Source: Tubiluchus corallicola
Taxonomy: Eukaryota; Animalia; Priapulida
DNA: 64,000 nucleotides
NCBI GenBank assembly: GCA_030141605.1
Contig: JAQGDQ010000011.1
Location: 1,236,066-1,300,065, forward strand
Direction: 5' to 3'
Shown here: piece after piece, positions 26,571 to 39,019 of the stretch
How positions within the stretch are numbered: position 1 is the first letter of the stretch
Layout of the letters: every line of letters begins with the position of its first letter
Notes under the pieces: model-generated
What the model was told of the DNA's origin: nothing
The model's input: the letters and a program-made list of their open reading frames with translations, nothing else
Databases searched by the model: none
Translations under genes and position numbers: made by a program

Positions 26571-26875
26571 ATCTTTAATAATAAATTAGTATAGTATTCA
26601 AAAAACAGAAAGTGAACAGTATTACCTCGGTCTAAACTCTGACAATGCTTCATCCGGCATCACTAATAGGTGCAAGATCCATTACCATAAATCATTAGGA
26701 TAATACTATTGTGGTTCACTAATTAGTAATTGATAATTAGCCTCAGCTTCGGAACCTCAGAAGTGTAGCAATTCAATTTATATAGGCACTCACAGTAACA
26801 TAAAAAAAATAATAAAGATGCAATATCCATGATATGGAAAACCATTACAGACTGTTATTTCATTGATTACCTTAG

Positions 26876-27697
26876 AAAACCTCTGGATTGTTTAAGCGCA
26901 TTGCTGTTGGTGTCGTCACTTGTCAAGCTTTCGGTCCTCATCAAGCGGACCAGGACCAAATGGAAGAAGGTTACAATGAAGCCATCCCGAGCACCAAAGC
27001 AACATTAAAGACTCCCAAAGAGAACTGGATTATTGCAGCATCTCAGGTGCATTCATCACAGGTGTTCTCGCATCAAGTCAATCATCAGCTGCAGTACCAT
27101 CATCAAGAAGTTGAACTTCAAAAGCTAGGTAGTTTGGAAACTATAAGAGAAAAACAGGAAGATGCAGCAGGCCCGACAAAAGATGTTTATCAGCTGCTTG
27201 AGGACCACAAACAGCAACATCAGTCAGATCAGAAACAACATAAAAAGTATCAACATCAGCAGCAAGAGCTTCAGCAAACACAGGACCAAGTACTGAAATA
27301 CAGTCATCCACTGTACAGGCAACACCAACTGAAGCACCGGCACCGAAGACTGTCAGCAGAACAACATCAGCACCAAGAGGAACAACTGAAGCATGATCCT
27401 CATTTGCAAGAGCATAGTGGTGAGCAGCCAAACCAGCAACAACAGAGTCAGCATGAGCTGCAGTATCTGCTGCAGCAACATCAACAAGAGGATCAAAAAC
27501 ATGAATACCAACACCACCAGCTACAACAACAAGAAGCACAAAAAAGAGAACATAAGAAACTACTACCAAAAGAAAACTGGTTCAGAGCCAAAAATGCGGC
27601 ATTGGGAAGAAAAGATTTCACACTTGATCCGTGGGTTGCAGCTTATATGGCTTTGGATGAGGGCAGAAGCATGTTACAAGACTTACAGAAAGTGGAG
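26876..27697 (+). CDS. Candidate Slp cassette exon, Gln/His-rich, 274 aa, between C2A and C2B
   Basis: Acceptor cattgattaccttag|, donor GAG|gtatgc; 822 nt, stop-free, phase 0-0, matching the flanking phase-0 intron. Confidence 0.6.
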
Positions 27698-28766
27698 GTA
27701 TGCCAACCTCGGCCACTGATTCTACTAATTCTGGTGAAGGCTCTCGGTTGTTCTGGAAAATCATATCTTTCTTACTCATTCTACCATCTTGATTTTCGTG
27801 CTTTTAGGTTGTCACTGTAATTGGTCTCAAAGATGGTTAACACATTTTTCTTTTTGTAGTCTTCGGGGATGGCTCACTTTATAACCTCTGTATCGGTTGT
27901 TTTGTCTTGCATGCACCATGCAGTATCTATGAGGTTGTCTTGCATTATTTATCACAAGGTTTTTCCTTGAGTCATGTAGCTTTACCAAGTGTTATATTGT
28001 CTACACATGGCCGTGTTTTCTTCATGTATGTTATGCATTATCTCTGCCGATCACATTATTGTCTCCAAGTTTTCCGTTCTTGAGATCTCCGTCACATTAT
28101 AGCTACTCAGGTTATTGGTCTGTGGATCACGTAGTTTCAATACAGTCATACGGTCTCTAAAGGTCACCCATGGATTGGCTGTGCTATCTGCATTAAAATG
28201 GCTGCAACTAACGGTTATCAATTTTCAAGTTTTACACAGCATTACTGCTAACACAAGCTCTGTATGCAATAAGACAGTATGTAAGTAATATAAAATTGCA
28301 CTCTAAGCATCTTGACCAATGTACAAGTGCAAAAGGTCAAAGGGTGCGTGCACTGTATTCTGTTCTTTAGTGATTAACTCCCCTCGGTCCATGTCTTGCA
28401 AAAATGCTGCCACAGTAGTACAAGAAGGACCTTGTGTTTGGCATATGTGCACTTGGCGAAAAAATGTGCAGAATGAGTGATGATTTGCTCTGCACGTCCT
28501 GCAGATTCCAGAGCCAGAGAGCCTACTATTGCCAATTAAGCCAGTATATGATCACTGTACCTCCTGAATGAATGTGCGTACATGTATTTAATACGTAAAA
28601 CCTACTGGACACGTCATGATCGATCTGAGTAGTGCCCTGCATGTTGCCGTTAACGACTTAAGTACTGCGACAGTGCCACAGACTGCTTAAGTATTTCCAC
28701 AGTACCATGTATGACCTAAGTAGGTGCCACTTTGTTGTTAATTAATTAGCGTCTTAACCATTTCAG

Positions 28767-28969
28767 TCTACACAAGTCGGGCTGTTCAACATCTACAAGG
28801 GAGATTTGGACGTCTCTGTTCAGTTCAGCACTCAACCACTAGTAGTCGGCAAGCCTAAGAAACGCAAAGACAATACGGGAACTCTTCAGTGCCTTGTCAA
28901 ATCAGCTGCCAATCTGACAGCCGTTAAAACAACTGGAACTGCAAAAACTTCTGATCCATTTTGCAAGGC
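28767..28969 (+). CDS. Slp exon: start of C2B
   Basis: YKGDLDVSVQF...GTLQCLVKSAANLTAVK...SDPFCK; catttcag| acceptor, GC|gtgagt donor. Confidence 0.92.
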
Positions 28970-29034
28970 GTGAGTATGCTAGTCCATGCTGAATTAACTG
29001 CCTGTCTGTATCTAGAAACACATTTGGAGGGAAA

Positions 29035-29160
29035 ACTGCCATGATCCAAAGGGTTCTGGTTCAAATGCAGGCTCAATCCAGATTTTTCTACGTTTTTTTT
29101 CTTTCGGCCAAATTTAGCTTCAAAGATTACTAGGTTCAAACTTGGACTAAATACTTTTAA
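29035..29160 (+). mobile_element. tRNA-derived SINE head fragments (related pieces at ~9040-9130 and ~38090-38200)
   Basis: B-box-like CTGGTTCAAAT followed by GCTCA...GATTTTT...T-rich sequence; ATCCAAAG..CTGGTTCAAAT is shared with ~38134-38156. No complete cloverleaf. Confidence 0.45.
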
Positions 29161-29439
29161 CTTAGACATTTTCGCTTAGTAATAAAAAGCAAGTGCTCAG
29201 AATTTTAAGAGCAATTCATTATGCCTGACGGAGAATAGGTCTTTCAAAATACACGTCTCTACATAAATTATCCCAAAAGCAGTGTTATAATAATACTATA
29301 ATGTAATAATAATCTTTATTTAAAGTCATCTTTTAGACAGACAATTAACATGAACTTGAATAGCTTTTTTGCTGAATGTATATAACAAATCTAAACTACA
29401 TGACAGAGATTATTATTACTCAACTTTACCACCAATACC

Positions 29440-29556
29440 CTTACCCCAGACAGAGCAAAAAGCAGACATCATTTTTTAATGTCATTGGTATGACCTGGCT
29501 TCAGTATTGAGCTCCAGCATCTCGGATGGAAAGCGGATGCGTTACTACTAGACTAT
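29440..29556 (-). mobile_element. tRNA-headed SINE remnant with a MetaSINE-like central domain
   Basis: Minus strand has an A-box-like TAGTCTAGTAGTAACGC, then CCAGGTCATACCAATGACATTAAAAAATG, resembling the recalled GTCATACCAAAGACTxTAAAAATGG core. Confidence 0.4.
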
Positions 29557-29693
29557 TATAGTAGACTCTGGCAGTAAACCATCCGTTATTAGTGTGTTGC
29601 AATACAAGCAAAAACAATGGTGATCAAAAACAAAGCAATTTTGCTAAAGATTGTAATGATTTTGATGTTTTTACCCCCCTACATTTGTTTCAG

Positions 29694-29905
29694 AGTTTTG
29701 TTACCAGGACCAACCAAAAAGGGACACAAACAGAAAACTCACACACTGAAGAATACCCTGAACCCGGTGTGGAACGAGACTCTCGTATGGGAAAATCTTA
29801 CAATTGAAGACCTCAAGGATCACTGCCTCGAACTTACAGTGTGGGATTACGACAGACTTTCCAGCAACGAGTTCTTAGGTGGATTGCGGATTAACCTTGG
29901 CACAG
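29694..29905 (+). CDS. Slp exon: C2B core
   Basis: VLLPGPTKKGHKQKT...LNPVWNETL...LELTVWDYDRLSSNEFLGGLRINLGT; phase 2-1. Confidence 0.93.
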
Positions 29906-30416
29906 GTGGGACAACTTTTCAAAATAATACCTTTGAGGCTTTTTGTATCAGTTGAACACTTAGCAAGCCAAGACCCAGAACTCAATGGCAGGGCTTACTA
30001 AGTGGTAAATGGTATGGCATGACCGTAATTTACGTGTTTCATCAAGTATAATCTTCTAACATGAGCTTCTGGGCCGTCCAGAAGCAGTCACTCATCCATT
30101 TACCAATAAGACTCAGTAGTACATAAGAGCACACAGTGACCATTCGGGTACAGTCAGATCTCTTTATATCACCAAGAAAGGCAGCATTAAGCGAGTTTGG
30201 CATTATAATAAGGTGCATTAATAGACACTTGGCTATGCAAATGGGTATTAAAGGAATTGGCATTACCAAAGGGCCATTATAACGAGGTTTAACTCTATTC
30301 CAGTATTTCTGTGTGAAACTAATGCCAGTCTACCATTATAACTTCATAAGTTACATATGTCTGCTGCATAATAACTAATATACTTAATAATTAGTGATCC
30401 ATCTTCTGCCACTGAC

Positions 30417-30608
30417 AACTTTTCACTGAACAACTAGTATTAATATTGCAGGTTGTTGTAAAGAAAAAGAAGTAGATTTCATGGATGCAAATGGCGATGA
30501 AATCTACATCTGAACTTTTCACTGAACAACTAGTATTAATATTGCAGGTTGTTGTAAAGAAAAAGAAGTAGATTTCATGGATGCAAATGGCGATGAAATC
30601 TACATCTG
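30417..30608 (+). repeat. Perfect 96-bp tandem duplication spanning the last Slp splice acceptor
   Basis: 30417-30512 is identical to 30513-30608. Confidence 0.95.
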
Positions 30609-30687
30609 GCAGACGATGATAGAGTTGCCCAATAGCTGGGCTACGGCTTCACTACCACTTCGTTCAAACATGGATAAACGCTTATAA
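30548..30687 (+). CDS. Slp last coding exon (end of C2B), using the downstream acceptor copy
   Basis: GCCKEKEVDFMDANGDEIYIWQTMIELPNSWATASLPLRSNMDKRL* matches the Slp C-terminal MDxxGxE..W..M..PN.W...LPLR pattern. Confidence 0.88.
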
Positions 30688-30860
30688 ATGTCATTTCACA
30701 ATGTGAAAAATCATTTTCATGTTTCTAAAACATGGACAAATGCGTAGAAATGTCATCTCACAACATGGGAAATCATTTTCAATTTGCTAAAATATGAACA
30801 TACGTTTAGAAATATCATATCACAATATGAGAAATCATTTTCTTGTTGCTAAAGTATAAC
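30666..30860. repeat. 62-bp tandem repeat x3 overlapping the Slp stop codon
   Basis: Units start at 30666, 30728 and 30790 (AAAxATGxAxAxAxGxxTAxAAATxTCATxTCACAA...AAATCATTTTC). Confidence 0.85.
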
Positions 30861-31279
30861 AAAATTTGCAATTGTCACTCCCAATGTGGGCAAATGGATT
30901 CCTTCGCTGTGCCAAAATACTAACAGACGCTTCTGTTCATCTTGTTGCTATGCAACTGTACAGAACTAAAGTGTAAGATGCTTACAGTCTTATTTGCTAA
31001 ATGCATATTGCAGGGCTCTGTGGAACAAAAAGCTATCTTGGAATAAAAGATTACACATAACTGCATCACAGAAGCACAAAGCTTGATTCACTTTTAATAT
31101 GCAGTCAAGCAGCACCAGATCTGACATAATCACGACACAAGTACAGTGTTTTACCCCGGAGTGACGTATCACCTTCTATAACCCTACGCACTAATAAACA
31201 ATTGACACCCACAGTATTGTATTCACTAGGTACTTATTATTCACATTATTGTCGATATGGCATTCGTCAAAATACAGTA

Positions 31280-31376
31280 CAGCAAGTCCTCACTTAACGA
31301 TTCCTTGTTTAGTGACATTTCACTTAACATCGCTGTTTAAAGGAATGCTTTAGCATCATTATGCGAGGACTTACTG
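31280..31376. mobile_element. Tigger/pogo-like mini-MITE (97 bp)
   Basis: TA|CAGCAAGTCCTCACTTAA ... TTATGCGAGGACTTACTG|TA; TIRs match at 15/18; TA TSD. Confidence 0.7.
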
Positions 31377-31654
31377 TATTGCTATAATTGTTGAAACTGC
31401 ACAAATTATTTGTATTTAACAAACGTATTAATATTATACATCTACTAATTAAATTGATTGCATCTTTGTTAACTTTGATTAATATGATTTTTTGCATTCA
31501 ATAAAGATGAACGTTTGCTAATTATCGGTTTAAGGTGTCTTATTTTTCTGGAAGAGTGCATGTGTAAAAACAGTGAAGTTCACCAGTAGAAAGAAAAAAA
31601 GATTCATTTAAAGGCAGCAATAAGCTGTTTGATTTTATCCTCATGGGTCAGAGT

Positions 31655-31842
31655 GTTGTGCACTTGACCTATCAGCTAATAGGTCATGGGTCTCAAACTC
31701 TCTTATGCACTTGACCTATCAGCTAATAGGTCACGAGTCAGACTCAGTTGTGTACTTGACCTATCAGCTAATAGGTCACAGGTCAGACTCTGTTGTGCAG
31801 TTGACCTATCACTTAACAAGCAGTTGACCTATCACTTAACAA
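31655..31842. repeat. 45-47-bp tandem repeat with palindromic core TGACCTATCAGCTAATAGGTCA (3 full cores plus 2 half cores)
   Basis: Read directly; adjoins a HINE-like fragment at ~31858-31990 (TGTGACCTTGAC...TTGACCTTTG). Confidence 0.85.
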
Positions 31843-32412
31843 TCACCTTCATGAAACTGTATCCCACCAAGCGGGGAACATCAGCATTAGTGCTACGAAA
31901 ATCAGTTTGTGACCTTGACATCGGAGCTTTGACCTTTGGTTCAGGTCATACAAAGAGCCCTTGAGCGAAAGATACTCTATTTAGGTGTGACAATGTTAGC
32001 TTAGATACTTCAAATAAGCCACAAAGACATAACAGACAGATAAAATGGGCAAAAAATGCATTTCCAAAAACACACATTTCGGCCTAAGAAAACAAAACAA
32101 GCCACTATTGCCGTGATACGTATCATTTATTGCAAAATAATCCATCTGTCTTATCATGTATAAATACATTAAATTACAAAATTTGGCAATTACAAGCAGA
32201 CGAACAGACAAGTCTGAATGTGTAGCTCTGTTTAACGCATTAAGAAGCTATGACTTTCTTGAGCCTCAAAGCTGCAATGACGTGAAAAACTTCCAAATGT
32301 TTTACAGTCTTCAAAAACCCACACAATTTTCAACAGGAAGTCTGCTCAGAATTTTACCTACATTATGATAGAGAAAGATATCAGTTCATAAGTAACAGTA
32401 AAAAAAAAACTA

Positions 32413-32536
32413 CAGGTCGCTGTCGACTTACGACCTCAATCAGTCCCAGCGGATTGGTTGTAAACCAGTTGAACCCGTATATTCAACCAGTGGTGCGCCC
32501 TTGTGTTGCATAGGTCATAAGTCGACCAGTTCCTCT
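32413..32536. mobile_element. Degenerate Tigger-like MITE in the probable DDX6 3' UTR
   Basis: TA|CAGGTCGCTGTCGACTTACGACC ... GGTCATAAGTCGACCAGTTCCTC|TA, imperfect TIRs. Confidence 0.5.
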
Positions 32537-33518
32537 AATTTTTACGGAGGAGAGAACGTGCAAAAACTGCACTAATAAAATGCATCAGCATTTAGTGCCA
32601 CTAAATGGATGTAAATTTATGTTTACAAAATCGAATGTTTTTGGTTCCGGACCAAACGATATAATCTTGAACATCACAAATATTTGTATAAAAGAAAACA
32701 TAGTCACCTATTACATGACTAACTTAAACTGAATGCATTGTGATAGTTACACGGATGAACTAAGTTCATTCTGATCTGCTAGCATGTAATATCAGCTTTC
32801 TTCAAGCTAGACTTAATTTCAGTGGCACAAATAATTACCAGCAATGGCAATTTAGATTAATTTTATGTTAACAAAGTTAGGAAACGGTAAAAGAATATCA
32901 GCACTGCAATGATTACGTTACTTTACAAGGTTTATTTCACTAAATAATTACATGAATTAGAAAATCACGTAGGCAATACTGCAGTTCACATAAATGGGCG
33001 CACTGTGCAAAAATGTTGTCAACATAGTGAAACTTTTCATAATTTACTTCTGTAAAAAACGGGTTTGAAACATTCAGAGGCACTCGTTCTGAGCAAAATG
33101 AAAGAGCACCAGATTTGCAGATGTATTAAGGATATGGCAGTATCAGATACAGGACTCCCACGTTACCTCCACTCTGTCAATAAAACTTCTCAATCATAGC
33201 CAATATTTCCAATCAATATCAGTGGTCAAAAGGACAGGAGGACAAGCAAACCAGCTACAAAACTTACGATTTGTAAAAAACGAACAAAAGAAAAACCCAT
33301 GCTGGCGTTGGTGCATTTACATTGCCAGTAACTTACTGACGAATGCTATATAAACAAAAAATAATAATAAATAAAAACAAAAGTTTTTTATATAACGATA
33401 CAAAAGTTGTTTGCCAGTTCGTGCAAACGGTCCTATCGTTTTGTAGAAATAATAGCAAAAAACGGTCTTGTCGTGCGTTCTCTGTCTAGTATATTGCCCC
33501 CTGTCCAGTATACACAGC

Positions 33519-33644
33519 CTAATCTTCATCTTTTATGCCTCCTGCTTTCTCCTTTTCATCTTCTGCTGATTCCATGTGATATTCAGCGACGTAAAGAGCC
33601 TTGTCAATCGCTTTAGGTATTGGCTTTATCTCTGTCTGTAATTC
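33519..33644 (-). CDS. DDX6: DEAD-box helicase DDX6/me31B, last coding exon
   Basis: [22 protein letters not shown]...KDED*; stop at 33519-33521. Confidence 0.93.
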   Translation of the reverse strand, partial: ELQTEIKPIPKAIDKALYVAEYHMESAEDEKEKAGGIKDED

Positions 33645-33729
33645 CTACCAATAGAAACAACATAACTCGTCAAAGCACAAAAGAGCCAGTTACTTATATA
33701 AAGGGAAAAAATTCGTCTTGAAATTTGAC

Positions 33730-34050
33730 ATCACTTGCATGCTGGCTTATTGTATACAGGGCTGCATAAGCAGCAATGCTGTATAAAACTTAACTGTAAA
33801 TTAAGTGCTACAATGACAGTTAGGCGCAGCCATTTAAATGGTAGGTTGTTTAAAACAAATTTAGCTAACATTGTGTTAAGTTTGAAAAAATAATCAAAGC
33901 ATGCATAGTACACAAGCCTCACTAGCTAAGCAGAAGTATAGATTACTGTACATTGTCAAGCCTTGTTACACAAGTAATATAATGTCGTATGGAAAGTTTT
34001 GGGGATATACTTTAAAATTCTGCTTTTATTCCCCATTAAGAATCATCACT
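33730..34050 (+). repeat. Interspersed repeat family, copy B (internally deleted)
   Basis: CTTATTGTATACAGGGCTG...ATGACAGTTAGGCGCAGCCATTTAAATGGTAG...ACTTTAAAATTC, shared with copies A and C. Confidence 0.8.
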
Positions 34051-34396
34051 GGACATTCATTTTAGTAGAAAATCTCAAGGAAAATCGTTCAGTTGAAGTT
34101 TACAATGCCTTTTTAGGATATATGAACTTAAGAAAATTTATCGGTGACATAAATAAAGGCAAAGGCAAATTTTTGGTGCTAAATTACATCGCACTGAGCC
34201 TGCAATGTACGGTATAAGTTTTTCTTTTCAATTTATGCTATTAGCAATTTGTGCTATAAAAAAATTAATACTTTCAATTCATGTTTATGCATACGTGAGA
34301 CAGGCAGTTTTTACAAGCCTACAGACCGGCTACAGCCGCCTGTTGATGATTTTTACTAGCTTTACTTTAAAAAGATAAAAATTAAAATGGACACAC

Positions 34397-34575
34397 TTGT
34401 TCAATTCTGTGTAGTGAGAAGCGGTCGTCGTATGTTATCAGGTTGATGGCAACCCCTAAATGTCCAAATCTTCCCGACCTTCCAATGCGATGCAAGTACG
34501 TCTCGGCCATTTTTGGAAAGTCGAAATTTATGACGACATTTACAGCTTGAATATCTATACCTCTCGTAAACAAAT
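34397..34575 (-). CDS. DDX6: DDX6 exon (motifs V and VI)
   Basis: [41 protein letters not shown]. Confidence 0.96.
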
Positions 34576-35788
34576 CTGTCAAAACAAAAAGTAATTAAAA
34601 AGCAATTAGAAGAGAATTTAGTCCGAATTAGAATGATAACACAAAGCAACTGGCAGTTTAATAAGCAGTTTACTAAATAATCTAGTAGTGATTTTCATAA
34701 TTTTATAGTCATTTTCCAGAGCTGCTTCATAATGGAACTCAGATAATATTAAACTTACATTTGTGTATTATCTCTCTCTATCATTCTTGCGATCAGCTTA
34801 AGTGAAAGTGTATGACAAAGATGAATTTGTTATTTATAAAGAAAAAATGACCATTTTCTATATACTGGTGGTGACACCAAGTGGTCAAAATGCTTATTTA
34901 TGTGATAAGCGAGCACAAAATTCATACAACATTACTGGTGTAATGCTACATGCGTGTATAGCGTAGTCCACACTACAATGATACCGGTCACACAGGGAAA
35001 ACAGACAAGTATGAATGCAGCAGATTATGCACCAGTTCAATACTGCAGGTGTGTTTCAGTTGACAGAAGTTACGCAAGCGCAGGGTTGCTATTTATAACA
35101 TAATAAGCCTTTTCACAGTTTCATTATGAGCACACGCATTGCTACAGGTCAAGTGTACCACAGTAACACGTCTTAACAACAACTGTCACGTGACATGTGT
35201 GTAAAGCAAAACTAGTGGGAAGTAAATCAACTTTATAATCAGCAGTGTGCTGGTTGCAGAATCTGAAAAAATAGCATTTCCAAAAAAGAATGTTCGCGAT
35301 GATGACGATAGAGCCAACAATAAAAATACTTCTGTTTCTGTTTTTATCACACACCTGGCCGGGAATTTTATAATTTTTTTACATTCATACATTTACCTGA
35401 TGCAGTCATGTCAAAGCATATTTTTTAATTTAGAAGTAAAATGCAATAATTATTATAACATTGTTGTTTCAGCAAATGAGGATGCAGCCATGTTTTTATA
35501 CAGCTAACTCGCGGCCAAGGTTGCCGTTTTGTATGATGCTGATGCTGATTAAAGCCCTTTTGCTAATATAACTCCTAGAATTATACCATAATTTGCTGCA
35601 ATATACAATGAATTCGGGCCTTGTGCGATCTGGCGCAAAATACGACAATTTGGCGCAAAATACGAGTATTTTAGCCTCCAATACGATAATCAGCATTGTA
35701 ACAAAATGGCAGCCCTGCAAAGAGAGATGGCACGTGAACGTACGCACCTGCACAAGGAGAAGCAGAATGTTAAACATGAAAATCGTAC

Positions 35789-35969
35789 CGGTACAAACGA
35801 GATTCCTACACATGCCCGCCCTAAAGTCGTGGAACACCCTATTCCTGTGAGCTTGAGCCATGCGGGAGTGGATGTAATAGCACGAGTATCCTAGATCAAT
35901 AATCTTCTTTGCAAGCAGCTCGACACGTTGAGACGAGTTGCAGAAGATGATGGCCTGATTAACTTGTAG
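35789..35969 (-). CDS. DDX6: DDX6 exon (motif IV)
   Basis: [23 protein letters not shown]...[19 protein letters not shown]. Confidence 0.96.
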
Positions 35970-36023
35970 CTAAAGAAAGACACATGTAAAATGTTACACA
36001 CACACAATAACATTGGGCAAACT

Positions 36024-36150
36024 TATTGACAATAACATTGTGCAATAGTATTGACAATAACATTGAACAATAGTATTGATAATAACATTGCACAACAGTA
36101 TTGACATTAACATTGAACAATAGAATTGACAATTATATTGCGTAGTATAA
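36024..36150. repeat. 25-bp tandem repeat x5 (TATTGACAATAACATTGxxCAATAG)
   Basis: Period 25 from 36024. Confidence 0.85.
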
Positions 36151-38373
36151 TTGATGTCAAGCATATTGGACCATCGCTCCGCCTCCATTGCGATGTAAGC
36201 ACGCCGAGCTGCATTTGGGACAGCAGCGCACACTGAATAACAAATGTCCTTAGTAAACAACATGACAACTAATGTCTAATTAGCAGATTAACTGATTATG
36301 CTTTTTCATACACACAAATTTGCAGAGCAGCAGTTATTTTTATACAAAATTAACACTTCAAGTAGCCTAAAATGAATTTTCAATTTAAACAGAATGTAGA
36401 GACAAAGTTTCAAAGCACTACAAAATGCAGATACACAAGTATTATAAAGGAATTAAGAAAGTTAGCCTTGCTTTAAGACAAATGAGCAACAAAAACATTA
36501 AATCCCTCTCTTGGCTTTGAACTTACGAACATATCGTGCCTGCGACATATTTTTTCTATATTTAAGTGATCATATGCTCTTCTGCAATATTTATCCAGTT
36601 TTTGTATTTTCCGTTTGTTAGGCTACGGAAATGGAAAAAATTTAATAGTTCCGTTCCATAGACGACTCTTATATCGACTGCCTGAGGTACACAAGTCCCA
36701 ATGGCATCTTTTAGTCATGATTATAACCAGAAAAATAGCGTAAAATTAACTATTATTAAATTGACATATAACATAAATTTTGACCATATTTGAATTAATT
36801 TGGACCGCGAAGGTCTCGATAAGGTTTACAAAAACTGGCTAGAAAGGAAAACATTTTGACTGAAAATTTCTGAAAACATTTTCCTAAAATAGGCTTTCGA
36901 TGAATGTGATCAGCTTGCTCATAATCATGACAGTTGTCACGGATTCCCATGGATGAGTTCAACTCTGTGGCTAGGCTTCAACTATTGCCGAGCAAGGCCG
37001 ACTAGCTTATTCTCTACAGCCTGTAATTTTTATGTGCAGGTTGATCTGAAGTTAGAAATTTCTTCTCAACTCTGTTCAGACAGGTTATTTGACGTTTGCG
37101 AACATTAAAACATCATCATATGATCGGCCTATCCTGGTTAGGTTAAATTGTCCTTTTTTAAAGTTAATTCTATTGACAGCAAAACGGCTTAATCAGCAAC
37201 TTGTAGATGTAAGCATTGTGAATTTCTTCCTATAATAAACGAAACTAGATTACATATTTCCACTAACTCACTTGCAATTTCAATCGACGATAACAAAATC
37301 TACAAACTAGGCCAATGTTTTCCACTTAACTGATAAAAAGTTGAGCATTTTTCATAACAGTATTAGATGCTTTCCAATATGCAGCTGCAGCCAAATTTTC
37401 CAAAAGCATTAGCATTAAGTAAGCTCTGCAGGAGAGTGAAAAATCTTGCACGCTGATTGGGCAGTCAACAAGAATGCTTGGCGTTAATTTGAAACAATAC
37501 TGTGCATGTGTACGATAACATACCAAAACTGCCTCATAATTATTGGTTATAATTAAAATGGCTTCAGTAAAATTGAAATGTAAAGAAATGAGATATTTAG
37601 TTTGTAGAAAAGTTCCATGCTTATGCGAATATTTTACGCAATGTATAGAATGAACTGGTTAGACTCTAAACACTGTCATGGTCAAGTTTATCACTGACAT
37701 ATGACCGTGTCATATTGGTGGGACGGCGGTTTAATTTTCACAATCGATTAATCCGTCCCACCACTACTGTGTGGACACCAGTAGTGACAAAAAAATGTAT
37801 GTAGTTCAAGTTTGATGATGGTTAAGTGAAATTTAATTGAAAATCATCAGTATCCAATCGAACATCCAATATAAATGTCAGAAACCTTCAGCACTAAAGA
37901 CTTATTTACCAAGTCCGCACACATCAAAATAGTGACTAAAAATGACAGATCAATACAGTATCAAAAATATAAATTAATGAAATTTTTGAAGCCGCCATAG
38001 AGCAGAAAGAAGTGTGAAAAAGGTCTAACTGAACCTAAATTCGAATCAAAGATGTATTTATAAAATCAAGATCTGTGATTATCATAAGGGGCTGCATGGC
38101 CTACAATAGTTTACAATAGCTGTTTCACCTAGAATCCAAAGACCCTGGTTCAAATTCGAGCTCAGCCCGATTTTTTTACATTTCCTTCTTTTATGCTAAA
38201 TTTAAAAAATAAAATAGATTAAACAATAACATTGAAATGAATGAGTGAAACTTCCTAAGAGTACTTCTCGTGAAAGTCACTCATCTATCTTCTCAGCAAA
38301 TTGTGCACTGCATAACTTTGGGCAGTGAGTACTCCCTTGCCTCTATCACAGCAAACATAAATAAGTAATTTAC

Positions 38374-38502
38374 CTTAGAAAACAGTGTGTTCAAACAATG
38401 AACTTTTTGCTTCTCTTGAACGAAGGCATAATATTGTGTAACGCCCTTCAGGGTCAATTCGTCCATTAGATTCACTTCATACGGGTTGCGAAGATGTTTT
38501 TG
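38374..38502 (-). CDS. DDX6: DDX6 exon
   Basis: [43 protein letters not shown]. Confidence 0.96.
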
Positions 38503-38546
38503 CTGTAACAGTAATAAAAGAGCTTCATTGTTTATGGAGTAACTGT

Positions 38547-39019
38547 TAGTGATGGGCGATTTTGAAATTTTCTAATACGATTACAGTATTGTTCTTGTAA
38601 TTCAATATTACGATTAATCTTTTGCAGCAATTTTTTAGTGTTTTAGCTATATTTTCTAAACATTGCAGCACTGAAATATAGCCTACAATCTTCTTCATGG
38701 CTTTCGTTGCTGTCTGCCAATTTTGTACTCGCAAACTATTTTTATAGACATGTACATTCATTAACTACTCTATTACTACGTCAACAACAGACGTCATGTG
38801 AAAATGAATAAGAAGCCCCAGTTTGCAATACTGTGGTTTGCAAATGTGTGCATTGTGTAAGGTGAGTGAGAAAAACGAAGAAAAATGCAAGAATTCGGTT
38901 TATTTCTGCTAATATTTTGCCCTCGATTAATTGAATTACTTTTCAACCTGCGATTATATCGATTTATACATGGTTGTAATCTCGATTTATTCGATTAATC
39001 TATTAGTCGCCCATCACTA
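38547..39019. mobile_element. hAT-superfamily MITE, 473 bp
   Basis: Perfect 13-bp TIR TAGTGATGGGCGA/TCGCCCATCACTA and perfect 8-bp TSD GTAACTGT (38539-38546 and 39020-39027); subterminal CGATT repeats. Confidence 0.9.
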
